From positions 91,574,001 through 91,638,000 of the forward strand of contig NC_135890.1 of NCBI RefSeq assembly GCF_964194155.1: DNA of 64,000 nucleotides, written 5' to 3'. The notes below the pieces were generated by a model, which saw only the letters and a list, made by a program, of their open reading frames with translations, was not told the origin of the DNA and made no database searches. This stretch comes from Cetorhinus maximus (lineage: Eukaryota). The position numbers and the translations under genes were made by a program. This document shows, piece by piece, positions 23,243-36,869 of the stretch. Within the stretch, counting starts at the first letter, position 1. The number at the start of each line of letters is the position of its first letter.

Positions 23243-24947
23243 CTGGACAAAATATTAAAAATAGGGGTTAGAAAACTAAATTCACCTCAAGGAGGAAATC
23301 TTTTCCTTTTAATGGTATTTAAACTAATCTCCAGATGGCCTGGTCGAGTGAGAGGCAAGGATACTAATAAACATGAATTAGCTATCTTAGTATATGACTC
23401 AATATATCTATCCCCCATAGAAACTAGTGCTATTCGCCTAATAAACAGTTAAAGAATTACATTTTTAAGTTACTAAAGTCAATGTTCAGACCAGAGGCCT
23501 ACAGAGTATCTAGGAGAAGATGTGGTACTGTTCCTGAAGTTTGTGTTCAAGCCTGGTTGCTACCCCTCTTCTTTCGGGCAGGAAATACTAATCATGTCAG
23601 GTGGGTCTGCTGTTGATTTGGTGGATAGAGGTGGAAAAAGTGTCGGGTGGTGTGAAAGAATGACAGGGCTGGTTTATGGGATGGACACCTTTCATCTCAA
23701 GGCAGTGCACACCAGGGGATTGATCCAATTGTTTAATGGACTAACAGCCCCACAATGTTTTGTCAGCATTTTCTGTTTCATTTTCAGACCTGCTACATTC
23801 ATAGCACTTTTTTCTTGTCTGGACCACTCCATATCTTTACATGTTCTCAACCAGTTGAATGTTCTTTTTATGTCTTCCCATCACCTCACTGATATTTTTT
23901 TTTAAAATCATCCGACAACCTTATATTAAGGATTTAATCCATTTCCTTCCTGCCCGCAACTGGCTTGTTAGCTCTGATGAAATATCATTGACTGAAACGT
24001 TAATTCTTTCTCTCCACAGATGTTGCTTGACCTGCTGAGTGTTTTCCAGCATTTTGTTTTAATTTCAAAATTCCAGCATTTGCAGTACGTTCTTTTAGTT
24101 TTAGTGGCTTATCTGTTCTCCCCTCTTCCCCCTTTTGTCTTTAATTTAACCAAATTTAAAATGTTTACTTGTCCTTCTGATGTAGGATACATATCCAAAT
24201 GTTAAAGCCTGCTATTTCTCTTCATGGATGCTAACTGATCTAATATATTTCCAGCATATTCTGTTTTTATTTTAGATTTCCAATATTGCATTTTTTTTCT
24301 TTTTGATCTGCAATTAAAACATTAGCCAGCCTGATGCAACACACTGTCTCAAAGTCTCCTAGTATTGGTTCAGCTGGATTGGCTTTGCAATAATAAAAAT
24401 TCAAACCAGACAAGCCATACCTCAGGTTAGCTACAAAAACATTGAAACTTTCTTCGGATTCAAAATGTTATAAAACTTCCTATTTGCCACAGAAATTTCT
24501 GTTGTTTACTGTGTTGACTGGGGAGTCAGTCAGCGCACTGCATTTGAACTGGGATCATTTAATGGTATACTATAGAAGGTGCTTTAACTCAGCATCAAAC
24601 TTGCATACATTGGATCTGGAAGTACACAATACTGAGAATCAGTGCCAAAAGTGGGAAAGAACTCTAGTCTCTGGTATTGAAGTCTCCAATCCTAATGACA
24701 CACAGAGAATTCAGAGGCTGAGTCATTCCAAGCCACCCCTGCACACCTTCCTATGGTCAGCCCTAAGAGCAACTTTGGCAGAAGTTACTTACCAGCCTCT
24801 CTTAATGAATATCAGTGATTACAGTGCATCCTCTATAGCACTGATTAATCATGTCAGAAACTATTCCATACCAAGCATTGGAAGAATCCCCTAATATCAC
24901 CAAAACTGACCTCACCTGACAAAAAGTACAATTCGCTATATACTTAC

Positions 24948-25024
24948 TTTGGCCCTCTGCTCATTAACTCGGTTAAGTCTGGTCTCCGTCTTCTCTACAG
25001 CTAGGTCCCAATCCTCCAAAGAGC
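24948..25024 (-). CDS. SART3: SART3 exon 14
   Basis: SLEDWDLAVEKTETRLNRVNEQRAK. 77 bp. Confidence 0.93.
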
Positions 25025-26955
25025 CTGAAAAAGGAAAGGATAAAAGGATGTTTTACTACTCTGAATGAGTTTCATTATTCCTGTTCAAGTTTCTCTAAAA
25101 TTACTGAAGGAGATGGCACAATGTTAAAAAGAGCCAGCATAATTTCTTGACATTCCTTGATTGTAACTGTTACAGAATCATTTGTAGTTTGACTTGTGCT
25201 TAGAAGAAGTTTGATAAAACTTAGCCGAAAGGATTGATTTCCTTCAGTTCAGCAAATTTTTCTACTGAGTCACTGAGCCATACAGAGCAGATATGATCCC
25301 AGAGCTGGGACCATGCTGTATCAGCTGACCTCAGGGCATAGGTTAGAGTGCTACAATTGATCTCAGCGCTGCTGGGCTGGAGGAAGAAAATCAACCTTGG
25401 TTACTGTTCCTGTTTGCTATAGAGTGACACTTGTTGATTGTGTGTGTTGGACACTGGGTGAGTATACAATCTGATTCAGCCATGATACCTCTTCGATCTA
25501 GTGCCCGCTTTCTGCTGAAAGTCACACATGACTCAGGGCCACCTGGCTAAGTAATGAAACATGGTTAGTTCCTGTGGAATGTAAAGTGTGAACACCTTCA
25601 GGATAGAACTAAAAGTGAAAGAGAGGGAGAACATCAATTTATGTAGCAACATACATCCTCAGGATGTTCCAAAACAAATTATAACCAATCCATGATGTTT
25701 GTTGTACAGCCCCTTTATGAGGCAAACATCACAACCAAATTTGAACACAGTAATTTAATAAATGACCAGATAATTTTAATGATGTTGAATGAAGAACAAA
25801 TGTTTCCTGGATACTAGGATAACTCTCTGCTCTTCTTCAAATAATTCCATGACATCTTTTATACCCACTAGCTCTCAGCCTAACATGTTATCTGACAATG
25901 CACAGCATTGAAGTGTCATCCTAGGTAACATGCTCAAGCTTATTGCGGGGCTTAAAGGGGAGAGTGAAAAAGTGAAAAACTTATCAGAAATTGGAAGTTT
26001 AACCATTTGGTCTGAGCACTGTTTCAAAGATTCATCTAAGGGTTGAGAATTCTTATGCTTTCTGCTTACTTCTGGCAAGGCTGTCCCTTCAAATCTCCAA
26101 CTATCCCATGGTTGTAGACTCCCAGTTCAACAAAGGTGTCGCAAGTGTCTTAAGCTTAGCCACCTCAGGTCAGAACTCTCCTGTTTCTAAATGTTCATTA
26201 ACTCTGGAGTCTTGCATATAGGAGCTCCCTCTCTCTCTTCTCAGCTTGGCTATCCCAGAAGTCCAACTCACTGCTAATAGAGTCCTTTAGTTATCAAGGG
26301 TTTAAACCCTTTTATCCAGAGTTTCAGCTCAATTCTGCTTGATAGAATTGACCCCTGCAGCATATTTGTTCTAAACTAAACTACTTGAAAATAGAACCAC
26401 ACACAATGTACTCCCACTGTAATTAACTTATTGTTTACCCCTTTCTTTTCCTATTCTTTATCCCCCAGTTGGTTATGTTCAGTTCCTGGAAGCTAGTTGC
26501 TTTTTACAAGAAATTATCTTCCAGAAAAACCTAGTTCTTAAAGGAACCATCACCCCCAACATAAAACATAGTTTTTTTTCCCCCGAGAAGAACATGGGCC
26601 ATCAAAATTGAGAATAAGAAAATTCAGCATTCTTGGGGCTAGAAGCCTCTCAATTTCTATGGAACTACAAAGCAGCAGAGGAAGAACCCAAACCTTTCCT
26701 GGGAAAGGGCACTTGTTCCAGAGCTTGGGAGAGAACTTTACAATCTATAGGATCAGTCATCCTTCGGTTGTACTGTAACAGCATTTGACTGCTCCAAGAT
26801 CAGTTCTTAAATTTTGGCTCTATCAAGTGCCCTGACAATCTGTCTTCTATCAAGTTACGGTCACACATTAGAAATAGTCACATTTACCTACTCTAGCCAC
26901 AACTGCCACGTGGAGATATAGGTCAATATCAGCAATTTGGCAGGGGAGTCGGGGC

Positions 26956-26984
26956 GGGGGGGGGGGGGGGGGGGGGGGGGGGGG
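26956..26984 (+). repeat. Poly-G tract (29 nt)
   Basis: Homopolymer in SART3 intron 13. Confidence 0.9.
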
Positions 26985-27381
26985 AGAATAGAACCTGGTA
27001 AAGTGTTAGCATTTACAAAAGATTCCAGAATGCACATCAACATTTGCAGCGAGTTCATGGGAACGTGACAGTATTTGCAGTGGGTCCTTGAGAGTAAGAG
27101 GCTCCTGGAAGAATGTCAACATTTGCATGAGGCCCCTTATCCACTGCCTTCAAAACAACTCAGTCTCAGAAATAGCACGTCACATATTCCAATGCAAAAT
27201 AGTATAAATGAAATCTCATTTCACTTATTCCACCCAGGTAGTGCTTTGCTTAGCCATCATGAGTGAGGATTGTGTTAACAGCTTCACTTTCACATTACAC
27301 ACCCTCACTTTATTTTCAGCCACATAATGATGTGGTCTCTGGTATTCTTTATCACACTCTTGACATTATACATGAACTCAC

Positions 27382-27494
27382 CCTCTACCCTTTCAAAGGC
27401 GAGCAACACATCACAGACATGCTCAGGATAGTCAGTGGTACATTGTACTGCTCGATGTAAGGCCTTCCTGCAGTGCTGCGGGTCACCATGAGCT
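27382..27494 (-). CDS. SART3: SART3 exon 13 (HAT repeats)
   Basis: AHGDPQHCRKALHRAVQCTTDYPEHVCDVLLAFERVE. 113 bp. Confidence 0.94.
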
Positions 27495-28098
27495 CTGCAA
27501 TATCATAACAAGCAAACAGAAAATAAATCAAATACTTTGTTAATGGATGCAGATACACATGCAAGCAGTGGCGCCTGTCATGATATCCACAGATCCACAG
27601 ACACTCTCTTCACCCAATCATTTTACTAAGGTCACAATTATGTTTCTTCTCTATCCCTGTGGCCAGAATAATTATTTTAATAATATACTCTTACTTTTCA
27701 TTAGTCCTGGTTCATTCTTATCAGGTATTTGTTATTTCTATAAGCTTTCAGTATTTATATTATTGTTATATTTACATATACCCTGACCTTTGGTTCTCAT
27801 CCCTTTTTTTTAATCTTTAAGTTATTACTGTATCCACCAAGCGCTCTCCCTCTTTACTAGTCAAGTTTCTTGCCATGGTCTTATCTGTCCTTTCTGTTAG
27901 GACTTTGGTTTCCACACAGTTCGGGTGCAACCTGTCTCTGTGGTACAGCATGTAAAAATGCCCACTGCAATAGAGTACCAAAGAGCACCCACTGCCGGTA
28001 TACCATACTCCCACATCATACCATACCTTCAAGTAAGGATGGAAGATAGTTTGTGGGAAAAAAATGTAAACTGCCGTTTGATGAGACTGATGCCTTAC

Positions 28099-28208
28099 CG
28101 CTCCAAATTGTAATACTCCAGCCACATGTTGGCATATGTTGCATTTCCTTTGGTCATTATTCTATCCCAGAGTTCCCGAGCTTTCTGCATATTTTTTGAA
28201 AGTCTTGC
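28099..28208 (-). CDS. SART3: SART3 exon 12
   Basis: ARLSKNMQKARELWDRIMTKGNATYANMWLEYYNLER. 110 bp. Confidence 0.94.
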
Positions 28209-29346
28209 CTAGAAAAGAATTTAACATAGTAAGCACACAAACAGGGGGTGAGCAATAATCATAATCCAGTTCAACCTTCCAATAAGCAAATACACAGTAC
28301 AAACAAAATCTTCTCATCCCCAAGTACTCTGCATAAATCACCTCTCTTCATCCCTGGGGTCAAATAAGCCACCCTCACACTCATGGATATTTGTCACAAA
28401 CCAGTTACCTTCATCCTCAGGGATGAATGATAGTGTAAATCACCCCTAGGCACCCCAGAAACAAACCACCTGTCCTTATTATTAGACATGCGACAGACCT
28501 TCTGTCCCCTCAGGAATGCACATATAAAGCAGCTCACTCCCCAGAAGCACACAGCACAAACCATTTTTTCTAATCTCTAAGGAGATTAGCAGATCACCCC
28601 TTCCACTTTTAATAGGAATACTTATGCCTGACAAATTGCCTAGTTATCCTTTGCATAACTATAGGAAAAGTAGCTGAAGTCAGTAACATTAACTGTTCAT
28701 AATGAAGATTTTAAATGTACATATAGGAGGAAATAAAAAACTGGCCAATTCATCCCTGGTGAATATTATTCAAATTCAAGGAGCCCTGGCAATTATTTGG
28801 AGAGCATTTAATTAAGTTGGACAGTTCAAATTATTGAGTCAGCACAGATTTTTCAGAGGTAAGTGAGGTCATATAACCTCAGTAGTTGCTGAGGCTACAA
28901 GAAGAAAAGACTGCTGAATTTAAAAGTAAAAGTTCAGTATAACATAATGGTATAGCACAGACTATATTTACTATTTTCCTTTTGGGGAAATCAGTGTAGT
29001 TCATATACTATATATAAACTATATATTTAAATATACACACACATTCACTTGTAAACTAAGCTCTGAAGCAAGCTGTGGTATGATGCCCTGACAATTTTTG
29101 AAGAAGTGAGAAAGATAATGTGCAGGAAGATCCAATAGCCAAAGGCATTTTTAAAGAAAGATGTTTTTGTTAACCTGGGCATCTTACCAAAGTACAAGAC
29201 TAGTGAAAGTATTCATGAAATTATGAGTGGCTAAAAACTCACCTATGAAATTAATCTGAAATACAGAAACCAAAACATCAAAGCCGAGAACAAAAAGGAC
29301 CCCAACTCTTTTCTCAAAAGCTCCCTGGTTCCATGTGTAATCTTAC

Positions 29347-29405
29347 CTCAATCCTCGCCCAATTCTGTAAAATTGTACATGAGGGGTCCCCACTCTCACC
29401 AAATC
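29347..29405 (-). CDS. SART3: SART3 exon 11
   Basis: FGESGDPSCTILQNWARIE. 59 bp. Confidence 0.92.
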
Positions 29406-30940
29406 CTGCAGGAATGCCAGAAGTTACTTCAATTTTTTAATCAGCCACAGTTTAAAAACACCAGATTAAAGAGACTGAAAATAATTTCCCTAGTGAATAA
29501 GTCAAGTTAACTCCTAAATCAAGGAGAAATACTGGATGGAATTAGGAACCCACCCATTAATGTCCTGAGTGAGTATATAGGTGGCAACTAGTAAAATATC
29601 TTTCCTCAACCATACAAGGGATGAAAATCAACATATTTAACAGAGTGGTGAGGGAATTAACAATTATAAACTACTAACATTTTACACATGCATTATAAAT
29701 ACGTTTACCACAATTGAAACAGAACACCAAGGCTAAGCAAGGAACTTGTGCTGCAGTACTGAATAGTAGAATGCTTCTATAATAAACAAAAAGCCAGTAA
29801 TATCCCTTATTTCATTAGTTGAGCTGCCACAAGTGCAATGCCAACTCCCTCCCAAGCCCTTCTATATTAGCTTCTTACATTTTCCTCTAAAATGAGACAA
29901 CAGAATCAAAGCCATTGAATGTGGCAGAGGGTTAGCAGCTGATGTAATTTTCATTCAATGACAACATCCATAACATAGAACTAATGTAGTCTCCAGGGTT
30001 TAATAATCCTTAGCCAGCAATATTAAAAATGTTCTCTCAGTAATATGGTAAAAGAGCAGATTAACAGGTTTGTGAAAAGCCAAAGTATTAGTAAGTCAAA
30101 ATAATTGAAACACAAAGAATATTTCCTAGGAATATTCAGAAGATCATTATACTAACTTTCTATTCAAATTCTGTACCCCAGAGACTTTTAAAGAAAGAGG
30201 TATCTGAAGAAGGAACAAGACCAAAAGAAATACTCTACGTTAGAGGTACATATTGTAGAGTTCTGAAGGTCACCTGAGAGGATTGTGTGGGACACCAGCT
30301 ATCATCACAAATCATTTCAGTCCAGGAGACAGTAATTCAGCCAACTGTGCCCATTGTAACTCAACCAATGGAGGTAACTATTCTATTTACCTACACATTT
30401 ATTCCAACTGTTTATATAATTCCAGTCCTGCAGAACTTCACTAGTGGTCAATAATTTATTGACCAGGCACTGTCGAAGTTCTGCACGGAAGCAAGGAAAT
30501 ATGGTATCCTATAGTTAGAAAGTTAACAATTCTGACACAGGCAACTCCAGATCCATTAACTCAGTATCTATAACAAATAAAATAATGGAATCCATTCTAA
30601 AGTACAGCTATAAGACTACATGTACAGTAATAACTGAATAAGAAAGAGCCAACATAGATTTAGAAAAGGAATATTCTGTTTGACAAATGTGATAAATTTT
30701 CAATTTGCCTGACAGAATAGTAGAATAAATAATGAGTTTTCAAAAAACAGTTGGATGCTATAATGGATTGATTAACATATTGAAGAGAAATTAACTTTAA
30801 TGAAGGAATGACCATTTCCGACCTCTGCCTCTTCTTTATGCTCAATAATACCAAGTATTCTTTCTGGCCAGTCAATCACTGTAATAAATGACTACAGCAT
30901 AACTGACAATTCATTTTAAAACATAAAAGTACAAACATAC

Positions 30941-31018
30941 GTTGCTCTATATCCTGTTTCAAGTAGTCCACACCACGACTGAAAGCTGATCTGAGCTCCT
31001 CCAGTTCTTGACTGGAAT
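30941..31018 (-). CDS. SART3: SART3 exon 10
   Basis: SSQELEELRSAFSRGVDYLKQDIEQ. 78 bp. Confidence 0.92.
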
Positions 31019-32574
31019 CTATTCAAACAAAATGACAAAGAATTAACAGGAAAGCAAACCTCTACACGAAAAGAAAGAGGGCGACCTTATGTCAAGTCTG
31101 AGGGAGTGGGAGAGAGGGAGGCAACATTATGGTCAACTGTTTAAAAACAACAAAGTTATGGGCTTAGTCTCAGGGCTGAAGATAATTATAACCTCCATCC
31201 AATTCTGCCTCCACTGATAAAGGAGAGTTCTACTGTCCAGATGTTAGTTCTTAGTGCCTCATATCCCCCTAATCCTACTGTGGAAACGGGTTCATGTTTT
31301 CCTTTATTCAACAGCAGGAAGATCGTAAGCCAAGCATTGTGCCTTTCATTTGCTACAAGTAAGAGTCTCCTCTCATGATTATGGAATGCTACTAATAACT
31401 GTGACACTTTGGTGGTGGGGGTCACACCACTGTTTGAATCGTAGGGGCCTTAAGTAGGTCCAGCTCTAATGTTGTGAATTGTCATTTGGACCTTTTTTTA
31501 CCAATCTCATAACTGCTTCTCTTTGTTCAGACATTGTGCGTTTCACTTTCAAATCTGCAGTCAGCACCCTCTCCTCAAAAAAGCACAGCCTTGTTCATTT
31601 GCTCTCACGTTGTTTCCTCTCTAGGGTCTACCCAATTTCACACCCACCTTTCCAACTTCCTGTTTGATTCCCTTCAATTTAGTTTCTGCCTGTGTCTCCC
31701 TGCCATGCTCAATCTCTCCAACATACTCAACTTGTCTTGTCTCACCAACGTCCTCCACCACCTTTCCTCTATGTTCCAGCTCCACAGGGTTACACTAACC
31801 TGTCTCCACTGCTACCTGCCCAACTCAACTAATGAATCTTCAAAAAAAATATTCTTTCTCCGCCACCTACCCCACCCCCCCAAAATCCCCCACAACATCT
31901 GGCCTATTACTTCCAGAGTCACTCAAGTTTCCATCTTGATCTCCTCTTCTTTCATATCTGCCTCTTGTGACATCACCCACAGTTCTGATTAAAGTGACCA
32001 CAGGTATGCTAATGACGCCCTGCTCTACCGCTACACCACATCGCTCAATCCATAACGGACTTCCTGCTGCCCAGCTGCTCCTCTGACATTATGTCATGAC
32101 TTAGCCCGAACTGCCTCCAACCAAACAATAGGTAGACCACAAGACTTGTTTTTAATCCCGCCCAAAACCTTCTTCTCTTAGCACCAACTCTATGGATGTT
32201 TCCTCATTTTGAACCAGGCTGTATAGAAACTGAGTCCCTTTCCATCCCATAGCTGAATCTCAAAGCTGTCATCCTATCCGTTACCAAGACTGCTTACTTT
32301 TAATCTCACAACATCATCCAACTTTACCCCTACCTCATCCTACTATTTCAATGACAGATTCTTTCTGCCTCACTGAAGCTCCCCTGTTCAACATGTATTT
32401 CACCAGACTTTATCTCAGCCTACCCTAACTCCACACCACAATATCTCAGTCCCTACCACCTTCTACTTTCCCAAAAGGTCCTCAGCATTATGACCAGCCT
32501 CCCAAGTCCAGTACCTTCTCTGCCAACCGCTTTTTCCTAAAAAAAACTTTTCATTCTTAGTACCTCAGCATAGC

Positions 32575-33305
32575 TCTGAGATTCAGAGGGATCTGGGTGT
32601 CCTAATGCATGAATCACAAAAAGTTAATATGCAGGTACGGCAGGTAATTAGGAAAGCTAATAGAATATTATCATTTATTGTGACAGGAACTGATTACAAA
32701 AGTAGGGAGGTTATGCTTCAGTTGTACAGGGCATTGGTGAGACCACATCTGGAGTATTGTGTACAGTACTGGTCTCCTTATTTAAAGAAAGCTGTAAATG
32801 AGTTAGAAGTAGTTCAGAGAAGGTTTACTAGACTAATACCAGGAATGGGCGGGTTGTCTTATGAGGAAAGGCTGCACAGGTTAGGCTTGTATCCCCTGGA
32901 GTTTAGAAGAGTAAGAGGCGACTTAATTGAAACCTTTAAGATCCTGAGGGGATTTGACAAGATGGATGTAGAGAGGATGTTTCCTCTTGTAGTAGAATCT
33001 AGAAGTATGGGGTCACTGTTTAAAAATAAGGGCTCTCTCATTTAAAACAGAGATAAGGAGAAATGTTTTCTCTGTGCGTTGAGTCTTTGGAACTTTCTTC
33101 ATCAAAAGGCGGTGGAAGCAGAGTCTTTGAATATTTTTAAGGCAGAGCTAGATAGATTCTTGATTAACAAGGGGGTGAAAGGTTATCGGGGTAAGCAGGA
33201 ATGTGGGATTGAGGTTACATTCAGATCAGCCATGATCTTATTGAATGGCAGAGCAGGCTCGAGTGGCCGAGTGGCCTATTCCTGCTCCTAATTTGTATGT
33301 TCATA
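32575..33305 (+). mobile_element. 5'-truncated CR1 LINE (~730 bp)
   Basis: LYRALVRPHLEYCVQYWSPYL, RRVRGDLIETFKIL and a CR1 3' tail. Confidence 0.9.
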
Positions 33306-33545
33306 TCTTCCTATGTTCATATTAACCTGCATCTAACTTTAGCACAGCATTCCTGTAAGACTTCTCCACTCTCCTGTGTTAATGAAAAAGTGAACTTGCC
33401 TCAAATCAGACATTAATTGCAATGAAAAACATTACCATTCTCAGAAACATTTTATTGCCGTTACCAAATTTACACTTTGCCATTGCTAGATAACATTGTC
33501 ATTGAGATAAAACTGAACAAGTAGACAGTCACTTTTTTGCTGTAC

Positions 33546-33653
33546 CTTGGCTGAAATTGACTCTCCGTCTCAGGTAATCAAGAAATGCCTGCCAAAGCTC
33601 CACGTAGTCTGTAGCCTGAATGAACCCAGCATTCAATGCTTTTTCAAATGTCT
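33546..33653 (-). CDS. SART3: SART3 exon 9
   Basis: TFEKALNAGFIQATDYVELWQAFLDYLRRRVNFSQ. 108 bp. Confidence 0.94.
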
Positions 33654-33809
33654 CTACCAATAACAATAAAAACATAGTAAATTCCATAGAAATTATGTCT
33701 TACAGGTAGCAACCAAGAATAACTGTACAATGTCATAGAACATTGTTACTCAACAACCTAAAACCTTACAAGCACATTCAGAAGGTGCATGGATTAATTA
33801 TAAATTTAT

Positions 33810-35122
33810 TCTATATACCCGCCAACTCCCGTAGCTACCTTGACTACACTTCTTTCCACCCAACTTTCTATAAGGACCTTACTCCATTCTCCCAGTTTCT
33901 GCATCTTATTTGTTATGACGATGCGATCTTTCATACCAGTTTGTCTTCTTTTACCCTCGACGTGGTTTCCCCTTCACCGTGGTGTATAGGACCTCCAACC
34001 ATGTGCATCCCATTTCCTGCACTACTACTTTCATCCCTTCCCTTCCCCTTCCTCCAAGAACCACAATGAAGTTCCTCACCTTGTCCTCACCTACTACCCC
34101 ATCAGCCTCCCAATATGTAATGGGTCATCCTCCACCATTTTCGCCACCACCAGCCGGATGCCACTACCAAATGCACCTTCCCCTTCCTTTCAGCGTTCTG
34201 AAGGGAACATTTCCTCCACTACACGGTGGTCCACTCTTGAATCAGCCCCAATGCCCTCTGCCCTTCCCATGGCACCTTCTCCTGGCACCCTTTTACCTCC
34301 ATCCTTCCCACCATCCAGGGCCCCAGAACAGAGCTTCCAGATGAATCAAAGATTTACTTTTTTTTTCAATTTAGTATACTGTATTCATTGCTCATGATGC
34401 AGGTAAGGGGATCAAAGGTTACGGGGAGAAGGCGGGAGAATGGGGTTGAGAAACTTATCAGCCATGATTGAATGGCGGAGCAGACTCGATGGGCCAAATG
34501 GCCTAATTTCTGCTCCTATGTCTTATGGTCTCCTCTACATTGGGGAAACGGAAGGCAGATGGAGCGACCACTTTGTGGAACATCTTTGTTCAGTCCACAA
34601 GCATGACCATGAACTTCTGGTCACATCATTTTAATTCTCTGTCCCACTCCCAATCTGACCTCAGCTACCTACACGATTCCAAGGTAACTCAACACAAGGT
34701 TAAGGACTAGGAACTTTATAGCCTTCTGGACTCAACACTGAGATCATAACCTCTGCCTCCATTTTTTCAGACAGCGGCTACTGATGATGAGAATGAATTC
34801 CGATTTACAGCATTAGACCCACGTTTTGTTCCTCTACTTGTCAAATTGCCAAATTACCATCCCCCTTTTCCTTGCATCATCATCCCCTTTGTCATTTAAC
34901 CTCTCGTCTTCCACCTATCACATACCTGCACTTTTGTTCTTTCCTCGCCACCTTCTTTCCTTGTCTCCGTACTTCCTTAAAACCTGTTAAATCTCCAGTT
35001 CTGATGAAAAATCATTGACCTGAAACATTAACTTTGTTTCTCTCCCAACAGATGCTGCCTGGGTGTTTCCAGATTATATGCTTTTATTTCAGGTTTCCAG
35101 CATTCACAATATTTTGCTTTTG
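33810..35122 (+). mobile_element. 5'-truncated Penelope-like element with pLTR; short CR1 tail inserted at ~34402-34528
   Basis: GIY-YIG remnant NLVYCIHCS...LLYIGET is split by a CR1 3' fragment. Terminal repeat with CTGATGA...GAAAC at 35001-35026. Confidence 0.8.
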
Positions 35123-35421
35123 CATGGGTTAATTACACCCGATTAAAAGTATAATTATCCATTAAACTCAGCACCAGGATTGGGAAGGAAAGGAAGAGCT
35201 TCCCAAAGATGTCTTAGAAATGTTAAGTGGGAACAAACCTAACCAGAAGGTAAGAGTTTTTATTCCAGTTTCATTTCTCCCTCTCATTCACTCTGATTAA
35301 ACGGAAAAGGAAAGGGAGGTAGATTTAAAAAAAGTTAGAAGGAATTCTGCTGTCTCTGCCTAAACATGAAACTAAGCTAAGGCTTTTCTAATGCAATGGG
35401 CTGTTCTCAGTACAAAGTTAC

Positions 35422-35560
35422 CTGTTATAATCTTGTGTTCAGCTTTATGTCGCTCTAGTGCTAGAAGATATCGTTTCCATAACCCAACTATCCAAGGGCA
35501 ATTTCGAACAGCTCGCTCATGTGCAGACAAAACTAGATCTTTGATCTTCAGCTGTCTGTC
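35422..35560 (-). CDS. SART3: SART3 exon 8
   Basis: DRQLKIKDLVLSAHERAVRNCPWIVGLWKRYLLALERH. 139 bp. Confidence 0.95.
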
Positions 35561-36713
35561 CTGGAATGGCAAACATAGATTTGCAGATTGGAATCAAATC
35601 AATAGTGATGCCTGAGTAGTGATAGAAAGGAAAAACAGATATCATAAAGTATGGAACAAGAGAAAGCAATTCAGCCCAGAACTCTTCTCTTACAACATAC
35701 TATTTATTGTTTCACAGACATGGATTCAATCCACTTCATTCAGTCTGCAATAACTGAAGAAACAACGCTTCCAGAATCTGAACACCAGAGAAAACGGACC
35801 TTAGGGAAACTTTATTCTGTTCGACTAAAGGTGGATCAAGGAAGTGGGTCACTCTATATCTCATCCACTGTTTTGCACATCACCTGTTTAAAAGCAGGTA
35901 AGAAAACAGGGGTTCTGAATAATAACCAACTAAAGGAAGATTATGCGAGGCGGGAGCTCTGTATGCAAAAGGAATTTGGAAAGTGGATTCTGTACAATTG
36001 CCAACTAGTGGTGCATCAAGGAAGCTCCAGCAAATGCTGGATTAATGACGAAGAGACTCTACATACTTTCCAATTAAGATAATCAGGAGGGAGCCTCATC
36101 TGCAGTCCAAACAAGTCATGTGGTAGTCTGAAATAGCAGACATTTATCAGGGATAGTAGATACCACCATAGGTTTTTTGTACAGACCATGGAGCTACTCA
36201 GCCATTTAGTTTAAATCTCCATAGACAATGGTACTTGCCCATTATAAAACTGTTACACATTGTTCTACTTAAAGTCATCAGATTAATTAGTGGCGAGAGC
36301 ATAGCAAATTTATAAAATTCACAAGATATTTAGAGATGTTGAAGACCAGTCTGCCCATCTTAATCCAACCATCCTGAACAATCTGAAAATCCCACATTTC
36401 AATTGGTTCCTAAATGATTTCAGGATTTTTGCCTCCAATCTATCCAAGAATCCAGTCTTTAAATTGATCATTCTTTATATTCAAATCACTTTCTTCAGGC
36501 CTCTATTAAACCAAAGCTTCATCTGTCTCTCAAATGGATGTAAAATGTCCCATGGTCCTAGCTCAAGAAGGGCAGGGAAGTTTTCCCTGTTTTCTGACCA
36601 ACATTGATCTCTCAAACAACATCCATCACAAATACCAGTAAAACTGCTCCACTGAAGACCACGGAGGACTCTAGCACTCAGCCAGAGGTCACTTTCTCAG
36701 AGAAATTCCTTAC

Positions 36714-36869
36714 CAGATAGAGAGTGAAACGTGCCCACAAGTCTGGCACTAAACAGTTCTCGGATAGTGCCCGTTCGAAGATAATCTGAATCCGTGCTGG
36801 GTCTCCATCCTTCATTTCAAAGTCAAGGTAAGCTTGATACTCTGCTAATTTTGGAGGATCTGCTACCAA
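36714..36869 (-). CDS. SART3: SART3 exon 7
   Basis: LVADPPKLAEYQAYLDFEMKDGDPARIQIIFERALSENCLVPDLWARFTLYL. 156 bp. Confidence 0.95.
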
